Shown here: positions 24,777 through 37,149 of the stretch, piece after piece
Position numbering within the stretch: position 1 is the stretch's first letter
Layout of the letters: every line of letters starts with the position of its first letter
Translations under genes and position numbers: made by a program
Source: Bigelowiella natans CCMP2755
Lineage: Eukaryota > Protista > Cercozoa
Direction: 5' to 3'
DNA length: 48,475 nt
Assembly (NCBI GenBank): GCA_000320545.1
Contig: ADNK01003468.1
Coordinates: 1 to 48,475, forward strand
The notes under the pieces: generated by a model
Databases searched by the model: none
What the model was told of the DNA's origin: nothing
What the model saw: only the letters and a program-made list of their open reading frames with translations

Positions 24777-25463
24777 TGTAGGTGTGTGCGCGCGCGTGTG
24801 TGCATTTATCTATTTTTGAGTCTTTTAGGAAATGCTTCTCATTACGTCCTTAGCGCGCGATATTTCCTGAAACCTCTCCACCCACTTCCTGCAGTGAATC
24901 GACAAAAAAACATCACCAGAGAGGAGAGTGGAAAGGGAGGAAGAGGAGGGGATATCGCTAGGTAAGAGGAGGAGGAAGAGAAAAACTAGACACTCTATAC
25001 TTGTGCTTTCGAAAAAGAATGGAAAAACTCTAAAATATTTCAAAAGCGTAGTATGCAACCGAATTGAGTCGGGAGGGGGAGATGATGCGCAGCACACACG
25101 TATCACTTAAGTCAATAAAAGTAATGAGGAGGTAGGAAAATAGAACATCCATTATGTAATGATCTCCGCAGTGAAGCCAAAACACCACAACCGTCGCAAT
25201 TTCTCCATCTCATCGGCCCCCCCTGGAAGCTTCATAAAGAAACAACACAATTGCGTGGGCAGAGATGCATTGTCATTAGGATGAAAGAAAGCGATAACGG
25301 TGACGTGGTTTTGGAATTAGATGAATATGTGAAGATAATGAAGTGATTTAATAAGAACGCTCAAAGACCTTAGGCAGTTTTAGGAAATAAGTGCGCTTTG
25401 AAGTGCCGACTTTCAGAACATCTTTGTTCACACTAATCTGGTATATCCGAGTTTTTGCACGCA

Positions 25464-25497
<34 letters not shown>

Positions 25498-27191
25498 TTA
25501 GTGAACATTACAAAGGACAATGCCATGTGTATATCATATATGTTGCGAAAATACACATTGTGCCGGCTATGTTTACACACAAAATTGCGTATAAAATTAC
25601 ATAAGAACAAATTTATCATCGAAAATCTGACCGTGCAGCTTTCCAGCGAGACCATATGCCGCGGGTTTTCGCAGGAAGGAGTCGTATTGTACGCCAAGTG
25701 ATAACTCACGATATCCGCACGTTTCGCCTCTACATTGGACCAACCAAGGTGCCCCACAGGCACACATACAAGCACAACACAAATACAAACACACATCATC
25801 ACACACACACACACACGCACACGCACAGTATAGCTTTCTATAAAACACCGTTTGGCCTTTCTCTCCCACTTCTTCCATCAGCATCAATACTCCAAGAGAA
25901 GATAATAGGGCTGTGTCTCGCTATATTATCTGAAGAGAGAGCTGCTCTTTGTCTGCATGCCATCACATGACAACAAGCCGAGTATAATTGTCACGAAGAA
26001 GGGAAGAATCGATGGGAGGGTATAAAGTGATCGGAGCAGTGGGATCACGACTATATTTTGGCAGATATATGGAGATACTGGTAGTAATAGTAGTAGTAGT
26101 AGCAGCAGAGGTAGTACAACAGCAATGTAGTAGCAGCAGTTAAGTAGTAACACTTATACCCACACTCACACTCGCACTCAGAATGGTTTCCATAGTAGAG
26201 GAGATATATTTTATACCGAAGCAGCATTAACTGTCCACATTGCGTTGGTGCTTCACCTTGTGCCTGCGATAGCACCGATGATTGGATTTCCCTTTCGCTG
26301 TCGTGGCGTATCGGATGTCTAATTCGATATTTATTTCATTTGCAAATATATTCCCTGATTCTCGTATTAGACGTCTGTGCTTCTATTTCTCACTCTCTCT
26401 TTCTCTATTTCTCGCTATGCGTCTGTATATGTTTGTGTAGGCTGTAGCCGTGCCTATCATGAGCTCACATGTGCACTACTCTTCTCACTTCGGGCGTTTG
26501 AACAGAGGCATTCATTTTGCAACTTTGTTTGGGTCACAATTACCCTTAGGCCAGCCGAGGTCCTTTCCGAGACATTGTTTTCCCTTTGATCCGCTTTCTG
26601 TACTGTTTCTGCTGCATAATACCATAAATTGTGTTTAATGCTAATTCCGTGTTTTAGAGCGCGCGTAAGATGAGTATTTCGAGTTCTGATAACTTCATAA
26701 TATGATAAATATGCACGAATTGGATTTTATCTGGTGCTTTGCGTTATGTGTTGGTCTGAAACCTTCATCGTCGTTTGAATGGGGGGCCTTGGCTCCTACC
26801 CTAGCTGCTGCTCTTGGTGATACTGTTTCTCGAGGTACTGATAGCTACGTGATGTTAAGGTAAATTTCGATATTAACCATGTATTCGATAGAGAAACATG
26901 GAAGTATTTAGATGCACGCGCGCACACGCACACACGCACACACACCTACGTCGCATCATCCTTTCACGTAAGTACGTACGCAATTATAAGGTATATATTG
27001 TTCATATTAGTATGCTAGGTAAGTGTACCTTGAAGCTATTCTTGGTGCGTCTTACACTACCAATTGCCTTCTCCGTCTACTCATCGAAGACAATGAAAAA
27101 ACAGTCGAGTTTGGTTTTGTGGAGAACGAAGTACTAGGCTCATAGGAAGCAATATTTGTTCAGTTGAGTTATATAAGCGTGCAGGCGTTTC

Positions 27192-27227
<36 letters not shown>

Positions 27228-27856
27228 GTTGTGTGTATAACTCCGTGAATCACCTTCTTCAAAAGCCAGAAATACTGAATACGATAGGTGCGCATAATTC
27301 CCTTTCGGCCTACAAAACACACAAACGTCTGTATATCTCCAATAAATAAATGCATAATATATATATATGTAATTATATACACACACATATGTATTGCACA
27401 TATCCTAAAATTTATAATAAGAACACGCTGTCTTCCCAAAATGTAATTACGATAAATTTACGTTTCTCCAGATATCCCTCCATCAAAATCTCGACGTCAT
27501 CCCTGCATGTGTCATCACCAAAATAAGCGATTTTAGGATGGCCGTCCCCATCACCAGCAATCAGCAATGCGTACGCGTTAATATTCATACAAAAGTATTT
27601 TGCAAATTCTGCATCACCGAGTCACAAACTTCGGCTTCTTGCTTCTCGCAGATCTACGTCATTATGGGGGGGGGTCGGGAGGAGGTTGGAAATAAGTAAA
27701 TTGATAACACGGTGCAAAGTTAGGTGGTTTTTGGTGTGTTGCAACATGGCCAATCAAGGGCATCCTTCGCAATGTCTTCCGATTTCTTCTTTTAGATCGC
27801 CGCGAAAGCATGGGCATATTTGTGCATGTGAATGTAAGGGCTATGTGTGTGTTTTC

Positions 27857-27894
<38 letters not shown>

Positions 27895-28272
27895 GTATAT
27901 AAAAGCGTTGAAACTGGTTTCAGAACGCGAAGTTGATCAAATTTGTCGTGCATCTGATAGTCGAAACACAGCCCCAAAATGTGCCGTCACCTGTACGACG
28001 TGACGCCTGCCTCTATCGCTGATGTATTTCCCACAGTTGTGAAAGAGAATGGGTATCAGATTGGGCAGGTATATACGTGAATAGATATGCGTGCTTGCGT
28101 AGGGGGGGGAGGGGAAGCAACATGAGATATTATCGTTTCTTATGTCACCAAGACGACTTAAATCCGATGTTGACTTCTCCTTTCGCGAAGCTTTCGCGCC
28201 CCCCCGCATCGATGCTAGTGCTCACAGCGTCGGTTTGCTTCTTTGAATATAGCAGAAGATCCGTCATTTGAC

Positions 28273-28307
<35 letters not shown>

Positions 28308-29377
28308 ACACGAAACAACAATACAGCAAAATAGCTACTGTACCTTCCATCGCAGAGCACCTAGGCTTTTCATTCGCATATGCAAACGTTTCTTCTTCTT
28401 TTACAGGGGGAAAAAGGGTAATGCGACAGGATTGATGCCATTAATTACGGGCTATCTCTCTCTCACAACGCAAGATTATAGAGGAGAGAATCTATGTATC
28501 CTCGCGGTGGGAAATATATGCGATTTTCGTGGGAACAAATGACGTACATGTCCACGGGTTGCCTTTACTCACACACCGGATAACATATAACACGTTTTGG
28601 GGATCCTATGTATCTGCAAGAACATTTGCAGGGCAGTTGCAAAACCTTTGGTGTTGATGGATTCGAACCCCCCTCCATCCGCTCCTCCTCTCTATCACAC
28701 ATCATCAGCCAAACGAAGAAATAAGTCTTTATGCATTAGCATCATGGCGCTTCTCCAGTTCAAATTGCATGCACGTGCGGTAAAAGAGGGGAAAAAAAAC
28801 TTTTCGCCGAATCCCCCTCAGAGAAACACTAGCGCATACAAATTAGAAGAACAAAAAACCAGAAGGGGATGGTATACTGTGCGTTGTTTTTCCCTGAAGA
28901 TGGCGAGATCGGAGGGGTGGACGGGCTCAAAACCGGCGACTTTTGGTCCTCTGCGGCGCCTTCAAAGCTCCTCGATCGTATCCTACAGCAGCAGCAGTAG
29001 CAGCAGCACCGTTATAGTCAGCAGCAACATCGTTACCAGCATCAGCTACAAGCTACAAAAGAACCCAAATTAACGCCGCATCGGCGCGGTGTATAACGCA
29101 TGAAAAGAACAAGCAAAATATTATGACCTCTCGATCATTTGATCTGCCACGCGTCGAGACATCGAATGGTTCCTTACATGGCCGCTCTCGCCGCTTGCAT
29201 CAGGCACGGAGAGGGAGACGGATAGGCGAGATTTCTTTGTCTCGTCGCTTTCCCTACCCCCCCCCTTCCCTCCTCCCTCTAGTGCTGGACTCGGCTGTAG
29301 CGTTCTCAGTGACGTTCTCTGAAGGGGGGTAGGGGAGAAGGATGAGAGCTGGTTTTATGTAAACAATTTAGAATATG

Positions 29378-29415
<38 letters not shown>

Positions 29416-29629
29416 AAAATATTTTTGTTGGTATTTTAGAGACCGCCGCCTTCTCCTCTTCGATTTGCGAGTCTTGGACCTCGGTGAAACACAGCACCCA
29501 TTCCGCGTATTCCCGCAACGTAGCGCACTTAAGCGTGAGTTCCCTAAGAACCAATGCAGGCAAATATTAGCAAAATACGTCGATTTGTAAAGAACAGAAG
29601 TAGATTATATGCACATGCATAAAAACAGA

Positions 29630-29667
<38 letters not shown>

Positions 29668-29837
29668 GAGAATGGTATAATCCTGGCTGAGCTTCTTCCG
29701 GCATACAAGGCAGTATGCTTCTCAGGAGCGGTTTTGCAGGTGCTTTTTTTACTACCTCGTACTTGTCATTATCTTGAAGATGCTGCGGCTATTCGTGGAC
29801 GACACCTCCACTTTCGAAAGGGAGATCTTTGAGAGTA

Positions 29838-29913
<76 letters not shown>

Positions 29914-30110
29914 AGAGGAGTATTGGCTTTCATTATACACCAGATAATGTATGTGTGAGTGTGTGTGTGTATGGAAGTATGGGTGTATGCTTGCATTGGT
30001 GGTTTAAATTCCTTTTACCTTTATACCGCACACTTGTGATTCATATAGATAAGTATACAGACCGACGCAAAGGATCAGGTATCCATCAAGCAACATGTTT
30101 CACTTACAAA

Positions 30111-30155
<45 letters not shown>

Positions 30156-30323
30156 GCACACACACGCATATACGCACTCACACTTACCACATGGTTGGGA
30201 GAGACGCAATCCTTGTTGAGATCATACGCCAACCAGTATCTTCGAAAACAAAATCGTTCAAAAAGGCAATGAGATCTCACACACAAATACGCGAGCGTGC
30301 GTATATGCGGTATATTAACCAAT

Positions 30324-30364
<41 letters not shown>

Positions 30365-30730
30365 GCTACATATGCATATACAAGTATATAAATTTTTAGA
30401 GAAATGGCACTCCTCATGCACGCGCCATACACACACGCCGAACCTCTCCTTCTTTCCATCGCTTTGGGAGCGATCGAGTACCCAGAAATACCTTTGACGT
30501 TTGCCATGACATCAAGAGAAGAAGAGTTTCGAATGATTCTTTCGCAAATGCTTACTCACTGTTACGATCATACACGGTAATATATCAAATATTTTGATTA
30601 CTCTTTTCGAAATCCAAGTAGAGAGATTTTACTTCGTTTCTTCTCAAGATAGCTGATGTTAAGGGGGGGAGGGAGGGGGGGGCTATCAGATGTACGGTTC
30701 TTGTTCAGTTTTGAAAGTCTCCTTTTCCCA

Positions 30731-30798
<68 letters not shown>

Positions 30799-31091
30799 TT
30801 GTGGGTGAGTGCGTGTTTGGATTTTGCTAGTTCTTATGTAATTTATCCCTGTAGGTTTCGTGGGTGATACGAATCGAGCGTTCATACAAGAGAGGAAGAG
30901 GGTAGATGATTGCATTAACATTTCGAGAGAGGGGATTGTGTATTTGTGTTGGAAAGATGAGAAAGAGAGGGGGGAGGGGGGCATAATATTTTAGATATTT
31001 TACGGAGATTTAGCACCCTTCTTTCAACACGCGAGCGTCTCTTAGTATGTTAGAGGAGGATGCCTGAAATTTGTGTATATTTATCAGCAAT

Positions 31092-31139
<48 letters not shown>

Positions 31140-31988
31140 TATGTGTGTGTATGTGTGTCTATGTATGCCTACATAATACATCTACACATGAATATATATC
31201 GGATCTCAAAAAAGATCATATCGTCGTTGTCACCATACTAATCCTCATCATTACCACATCAAGGGATATTCTCACCATCATCATTATCATCATCATCAGA
31301 GGAAGAAAGAAGAAGAAGAAGATGATGATGATAATGAAGAAGAGAAAGGAGAAGGCTCAACCACACAAGCGTCAGCAAGACAACTGACGCTCACCTCGCC
31401 AAGTGACGACTCTAGAAACTCCGGTGACAGGACCTCCCTTGTTTGCTCTGGGTGGCGAAAGGTTGCAGTCGGGAGCCAAGGAACGCACCCAACAAGGCAC
31501 ACTGGAATCTGATGATGACACAAATATAATGATGATGATGATGATGATTGATGATGGTGACAATGGTGATGAGGATGAGACCGACGACCGGTCATTTATC
31601 CTTCGATTTAAAAGAAAAAGCTTAACCATAATTGGTTATTGACTCGATCCCCATCACCCCGTCCGTTCAAATCCCCACCAAAACGACGAATAGTCGGGAG
31701 AAGGATTCCTTTCCAACTACCTGCAGCCTCTCTGCTATGTGGACCGCGGATAGAGCGGAGGGACTAGCGACTATAATGTCGGGTTTGGTGCGCGTATTCT
31801 CTGTCTGTTTGATGATTTGTAAATACACCATGCGCCGCCAGGTGTATATTAGAAATGAGCGGTCAAGTGACTGTCTAGCCCATATGATTGGGGGGGAGGG
31901 GGCATTCAATACCAGATTCATAATATCACAGCGGATGACCTACATAATTGCCTGCATGCGCGTATGTGCGTGGGAGAGATTGTGTGAG

Positions 31989-32024
<36 letters not shown>

Positions 32025-32389
32025 TCATCCTTGCATTTAAGTGGTCATCTTACCGACGAATTTAGAGCTAAATTCGCGGAATTCACTGTCTTTTTTGCGC
32101 TCTCCCTTGTGATGAGGGGGATTTCCTTTTCAGAGTCTCTCTTGTCTCACCCTCTTTGTCCCGCTCCTCCTCGGTCGGAGCGTTCTTGGAGGAGGGGGAA
32201 GGCCATGGATCTATAGCAGCACGCCATGCACCGAGGAGGGTGTTTTGTATTTGGTCTAAGGAGGCAAGTTAAACACAGACTTGATCGAAATGTGCTTCAA
32301 ATAGATGACGGCTGCCCACCAGGAGAGGGAGAGATGTTTTTATTTGTTTCACTTTTAACACTTATGAAATATTATGTATATATGTATTT

Positions 32390-32429
<40 letters not shown>

Positions 32430-33245
32430 CATATATTAATTTTTTTACGTACATCATAGCTGTCTGTCTTTTTTTGAAAAGAAAATGATTAAGATTTTCA
32501 ACAGTATATATGAGAGATAAGGCAATTGATCGTTTTGAAGATATATCGGCATGATGCAACACTTCATATTGCATCATGCCGATAATTTTTCTAAGCTCGC
32601 AGTTTTTGCAACCCAAGGTTCTCAAGGACAGAGAACAATACCTGCTTTGCCTATATCTACCATCCCACCGTCAAGTGCACGTCGTCTTCTCCGCTTTCCC
32701 TCCCCAATCCCCACGCCGCTTGCAAAGGAGATGCGCTTATGATGGCGGCGGTCCTTCTTTATTTTGTCGGCGTTTGCTAGTAGCGAAGATTCGCTTTGAG
32801 CGTGCACATGGCGATGTCGAACCGCATTTGTGCCTCCCCGTTTGTTCTTCTTTTTCTCCGCGATGTTCTGTGCCCCCCCCTTCAGCTTCTTGCAAGAGTC
32901 TCCGCTAGTTGCCTCTTCGAGGGGGAAAAAAACGATATTTGGGTTCTCTCTCCCGATAAGAGACTGATACTCCGGCCTTGCCGCAAAGCGCACCTGCACT
33001 CCGCCCCTTTGCTGCAGTATCCGAGCAGTCTTTAGCAGGACGAGGAGCTCTGTGTGCTCGGCGATGATCAAGATGTTAAGAATGGTGGATCGTTTGTGGG
33101 ATGGGGCCGCCTCTTCGACATTCGAATGCGATTGATGGCTGCGAGGACTTGCAGATTTTAATTCGTCTCCCACCACATTAGGTTCGGAGATGGAGGATGA
33201 TGATTCGAGAGCTGTGATAGGCTTGCTATTCTCTGAAGAGGCCAT
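16564..33245 (-). CDS. Very large multi-exon gene: degenerate sterol-glucosyltransferase (GT28/UGT80-like) fold - PH - PH - START-like - RGS; 3' end uncertain (~16450-17690)
   Basis: GT-like: ILIIAEHTELLVLLKTARILQQRGGVQVRFAARPEYQSLI...FFPL, PDIIVASPSALSAVHIAERLQ|VP, KGFATALQMFLQIH (33245-28600). PH1: ILMEGYLEK...WLLKKYFVLHKTKLDCF...KWVERFQEIS (27490-24850). PH2: QVLKE...IRVITKSKEDFKFRAQTEEEEAEW|AGVL (23360-21990). START-like: LLVYLRFRRCPPPF...DLCVHCVCWK...VGFCST...HHPSRIR...DRASVPYKLN (20600-19680). RGS: LMNFLMKEFSAENLLFLEA, IVYRDFIG, KQVNLPSRI, ELMQKDSLMRFRRT (18960-17690). Several junctions checked are phase-consistent. Confidence 0.6.
20299..20390. repeat. Compound (TG)n-(GA)n intronic microsatellite
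   Basis: Directly visible. Confidence 0.95.
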
Positions 33246-33577
33246 GTTGTTGAAAGCCGGGTGCCGTCGTCTCCTCTCCCTGAGCGGGTCTTTGCTTCAA
33301 ACTCGCGGCGTTTCTGTGCTATTCTAAGTTAGCAACTTGGCTGCCATACAGGTGACCAATAATGATGCTGCTTGTTGCCCCTTTTTTTTCCCTGAACCTC
33401 CCATTCCTTTCGCCGAGAACTTAGTGCGTATCTCCGGGGAGGAGAGAGCACTAGCTGCATTGAGGCACCGAATGTCGTCTTTTTTCTTTCGAAGGTCAAT
33501 TTCATTGTCGTTTATCTAAAATTCCCCTCGTTTAAAGTGATTCCATCTATTATCATAATTTCAGTATATTTTTATAA

Positions 33578-33601
33578 ACGACATCAATATATTGATGTCG
33601 T
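33578..33601. promoter_or_regulatory. Perfect 24-bp palindrome in an AT-rich divergent promoter region
   Basis: acgacatcaata|tattgatgtcgt lies between the divergent starts at 33245 (-) and 34174 (+). The palindrome is seen directly; a regulatory role is inferred. Confidence 0.4.
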
Positions 33602-34173
33602 AAATATGAAAAAGGAACGGAGTTGAGAAGTCTAAAAATAGGTGCGCATAATTAAGGCTCAAATTTGTTCCAGGGAGATGGCGTAGAGATAGTCAGCAAT
33701 TTTTTTTCGACTAAGAATAATATTTTATGTCGCTGTCTTAAAAAGGGCCCCTGATAGTGACTTTTTCCTTAGCCAGCACAGAAAATGAATATTAAAAGCG
33801 AACACTTATCCAAAACCCCGTATAGTATTATATGCGACAATCCTTTAATTTTATATTATTGAATATTTAGCCGCAGCAATTCTCCACATCTGTACTGATA
33901 AGTCTTAGGTGACAAACGGAGAAGATAGTTACTTGCAATTACAAGGCTTAAACAGTTTCCTCCCCCTCCTCGCCAAGGAGAAGAGTGGTATGGAGCAAGA
34001 TTTTTTTTTCCACTGTTAGTGTATTGTAGATATTGATGTTTACCATAGTGCTGTTTTATGGAACAAGTTGCGTCTCCTATCTGAACATGTGCCTCATTGA
34101 TAGGAGAAAGCACTAGATAAAAACCATTCCGACTTATAAGCGGGCTGCAACTAGAGCTGAGGGCAAAAAAAAA

Positions 34174-34596
34174 ATGACGGTGGATCGCCGCCTCAGCGCG
34201 CCATTTCCGGATCAGGATGATGCGAAGCCCTTTCTCGTCGTCCTTACCATCTGCAATGCTATCTTAGCGGTATGAGGATCTAATAATAATAATGCTCGCT
34301 AGGAATAACATAGACGATGCGTGTTTGCCATTTATGTTGGGCCTCCCCAAATATCTTCATACAGATCGCAGCACTGGGTCTATGCGGATTAGGGCTGTAT
34401 TGCTTGCTCCTGGCGCAGGATGTGAAAGGGACGATAGAACTGCTGACGGATATGCCTCTTGTCATGGTTGCGTACATAATCATGCTGATCGGTGCAATCT
34501 CTGCAGTCGCGTGCTTTGCAGGATTCTATGGTGCCTACACTGACAATGGTACCAAACTAGGAGCTCGGTTTTGCTTTATCGATTGCTTTCTCCCAC

Positions 34597-34637
<41 letters not shown>

Positions 34638-34897
34638 TCTCTCCTCTCTCTTCCCTCGTCTCCCCTCTCTCTTCTCCTCTTACCCCTCCCTCTTCCCCCC
34701 GTACCTATTTGTCACCTTATCGTTCATCCGTTCTCAGATAAGCATCGACGTACTGGGCTCTACTCGTTCTTGTTTTTCGTATTTGCTGGGTTCTTGATCC
34801 TGCTGTGCATGAGCATATTCCTCTACCTCTATGGAACGAAGCAAGTGCTGAACGACATCGTGAGAGATAGATGGTAATATCGCTGCGCGCTTGTGCA

Positions 34898-34939
<42 letters not shown>

Positions 34940-34959
34940 ACACACAATGCTTCATACTG

Positions 34960-35006
<47 letters not shown>

Positions 35007-35433
35007 GAGAGAATATTTGAATGAGATATAAATAAATTGCTTCCGAGTCAACTTCCCCACATCTCGCCCATGAATGCATCGTCGTCACGAAGGCGATGGA
35101 ACTAGCGAACACGTGCTAGTAATAGAATCATTTGTAGAAAAAGCATGGAATGTGTTGTATATATGTGTGTATGTGAGAGAGAGAGAGAGAGAAGAGTGCT
35201 TACGCGCGCTTATGTTGGAAATCGTAGGTTTGAGGAAGGGCAGCAGCCTCTCGAGAAACGAATTGACTATCAGGACTACTTTGTAACTATTAATTGTTTT
35301 TTTATGGGAGAATTAAGATCGATGATGGCATACAGTGGCCAGCGCATGGGGAACGACGGCGTTGTGTGTGGGGGAGGGGGGGGGAGGGGGAGATATCTAA
35401 AGTTCAGCGAGAATGAGAAAGAAATATATCATA

Positions 35434-35481
<48 letters not shown>

Positions 35482-35673
35482 ACCCACTTCTCATCCACCC
35501 CCCCCTTCCCCCCTCTTTCTCTTATTGGACGTTCCATTATTTAAGGAATGCTGCGGATGGGAGACTCCATTTGACTCCCGGGCATCAGGATATAACACGC
35601 CATGCCCCCGTTCCAATCCAGAGTCTTGCCTTGATTCCACACTAGGTACCAACAGGGAAAATATATAAATATA

Positions 35674-35721
<48 letters not shown>

Positions 35722-36316
35722 CCACACACATATCTACTTATGCAGATGTGTATGTTAACTATACATTTGTTTGTAACGTTATGCATTTTTCGAGCACCCA
35801 AGAAGATAGTTGTTTTTGTAAGGAATGGTGCATTCGTCCGAACATGTTGTTCCTCTCGCTTAACAGCGTTTGGTCATTAGCTACAACGCGACGAGTGCCC
35901 CGACCTTTGACCATATAAACGCGGGCTTGACCACTGATATTCGATGTTTCAGATTTCTTCGAAGCCAACTTCCTCCCCCTCTCCCTCTTCGGCCTCGTGC
36001 TTGGCATTTGTCAGGTATAACCATCATATCATGCACTTGTCCGTATGGAATGATACGCGCCTGCAGCATAGCTAGATCGCCGCGCGCGCTCGTGCGAGTG
36101 CGCTTACCAACAATTCAAAAAGAGAAAACCACGTGCTTTGTACGGGTTTGCTGGGGGATGATCTTCTGCACGTGGAAGAATTGTAATTGACCGATGTTGT
36201 TCTCATCTGTGTGCGATTTTGTTCTCTGCTTATAGTTCCTGGCTGTCGTCGCCACCGTCTTGGTTCTTCGCGCCAAGAAGAAGATGTTCGACGACTTCGA
36301 AACGTTCGAGTTCTGA
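34174..36316 (+). CDS. Tetraspanin family protein, multi-exon
   Basis: TM1 FLVVLTICNAILA|IAALGLCGLG, TM2 IMLIGAISAVACFAGFYGAY and TM3 LYSFLFFVFAGFLILL. EC2 loop with QDYF|ECCGW...PCP...SC (canonical CCG motif). A final hydrophobic exon ends KKKMFDDFETFEF* (TGA 36314-36316). Confidence 0.9.
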
Positions 36317-37149
36317 TTAAATTGGCTGTGTTGTGAGATGACTAAGAGTTTTCTTCGAGTTGCTTGCGTCGCACGTACACATATGGACTCTTACATGCAT
36401 CTAGGCATGCTAGCATGGCAAAAATTTATCACAATTTGCGCGCAATGCTAGCATGCGTGCTCGGCTAGTGCGTACTAGCGTAGGGTGGCTACTGTAGGCC
36501 ATGGTGATTGTCTGCATGTAGATGGCACTCACACCTAGACACGTCAGAACCTAGCTAGCTAGAAACGCACAGCTAGACAGCGTGAATCGTTGACAGTCGC
36601 ACTAGTGCAGGATCTCCATCTAGCTATGTCCGTCCGGTGGCACATATGCGCAAAAAACCCAGCTCTATGCATCTCGTGATGAATGCCAAATGACAGAATA
36701 AAGACATGCAATATATCATGTGTATTTAATATATATGTTGTATTGCTGTGTCTATTATCCAATGATCACGATCATTTGCAGGTTTAGTTTTGCTCATGCT
36801 CAGCTAGTCAGCAGCAAACATTGCGCATAGCTAAAGCTAGAGAGGTCAAGGAAGTGTGCACTCCATCCATGATTGTCTCCACTAGATGCAAAATAAAAGC
36901 AAATCTAGAAATGCTGCAAATGGCATGCTGCGAGTGAGAAGCATCATGTAACAACACAGAACACAAAATTGCGTCGGGTTTTCGATTGCTCTAATTAATG
37001 CCTCTACGCGAACAATGACCCTTATTTCCTTTATGACGTTCATGAGCATCATGCTAATACTCACCCATCACAGAGGTTATTGCTCGGCAGATTTTGATGT
37101 GGCCGAAATTGTAAATCATGCAGAGCCTTACCTTGTTGATCCTACAGCA

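Noticed and set aside
13580-35801. Many ORFs with HTHTHT, CVCVCV, YIYIYI, LSLSLS or RERERE runs
   Set aside because: Translations of intronic dinucleotide microsatellites, not proteins.
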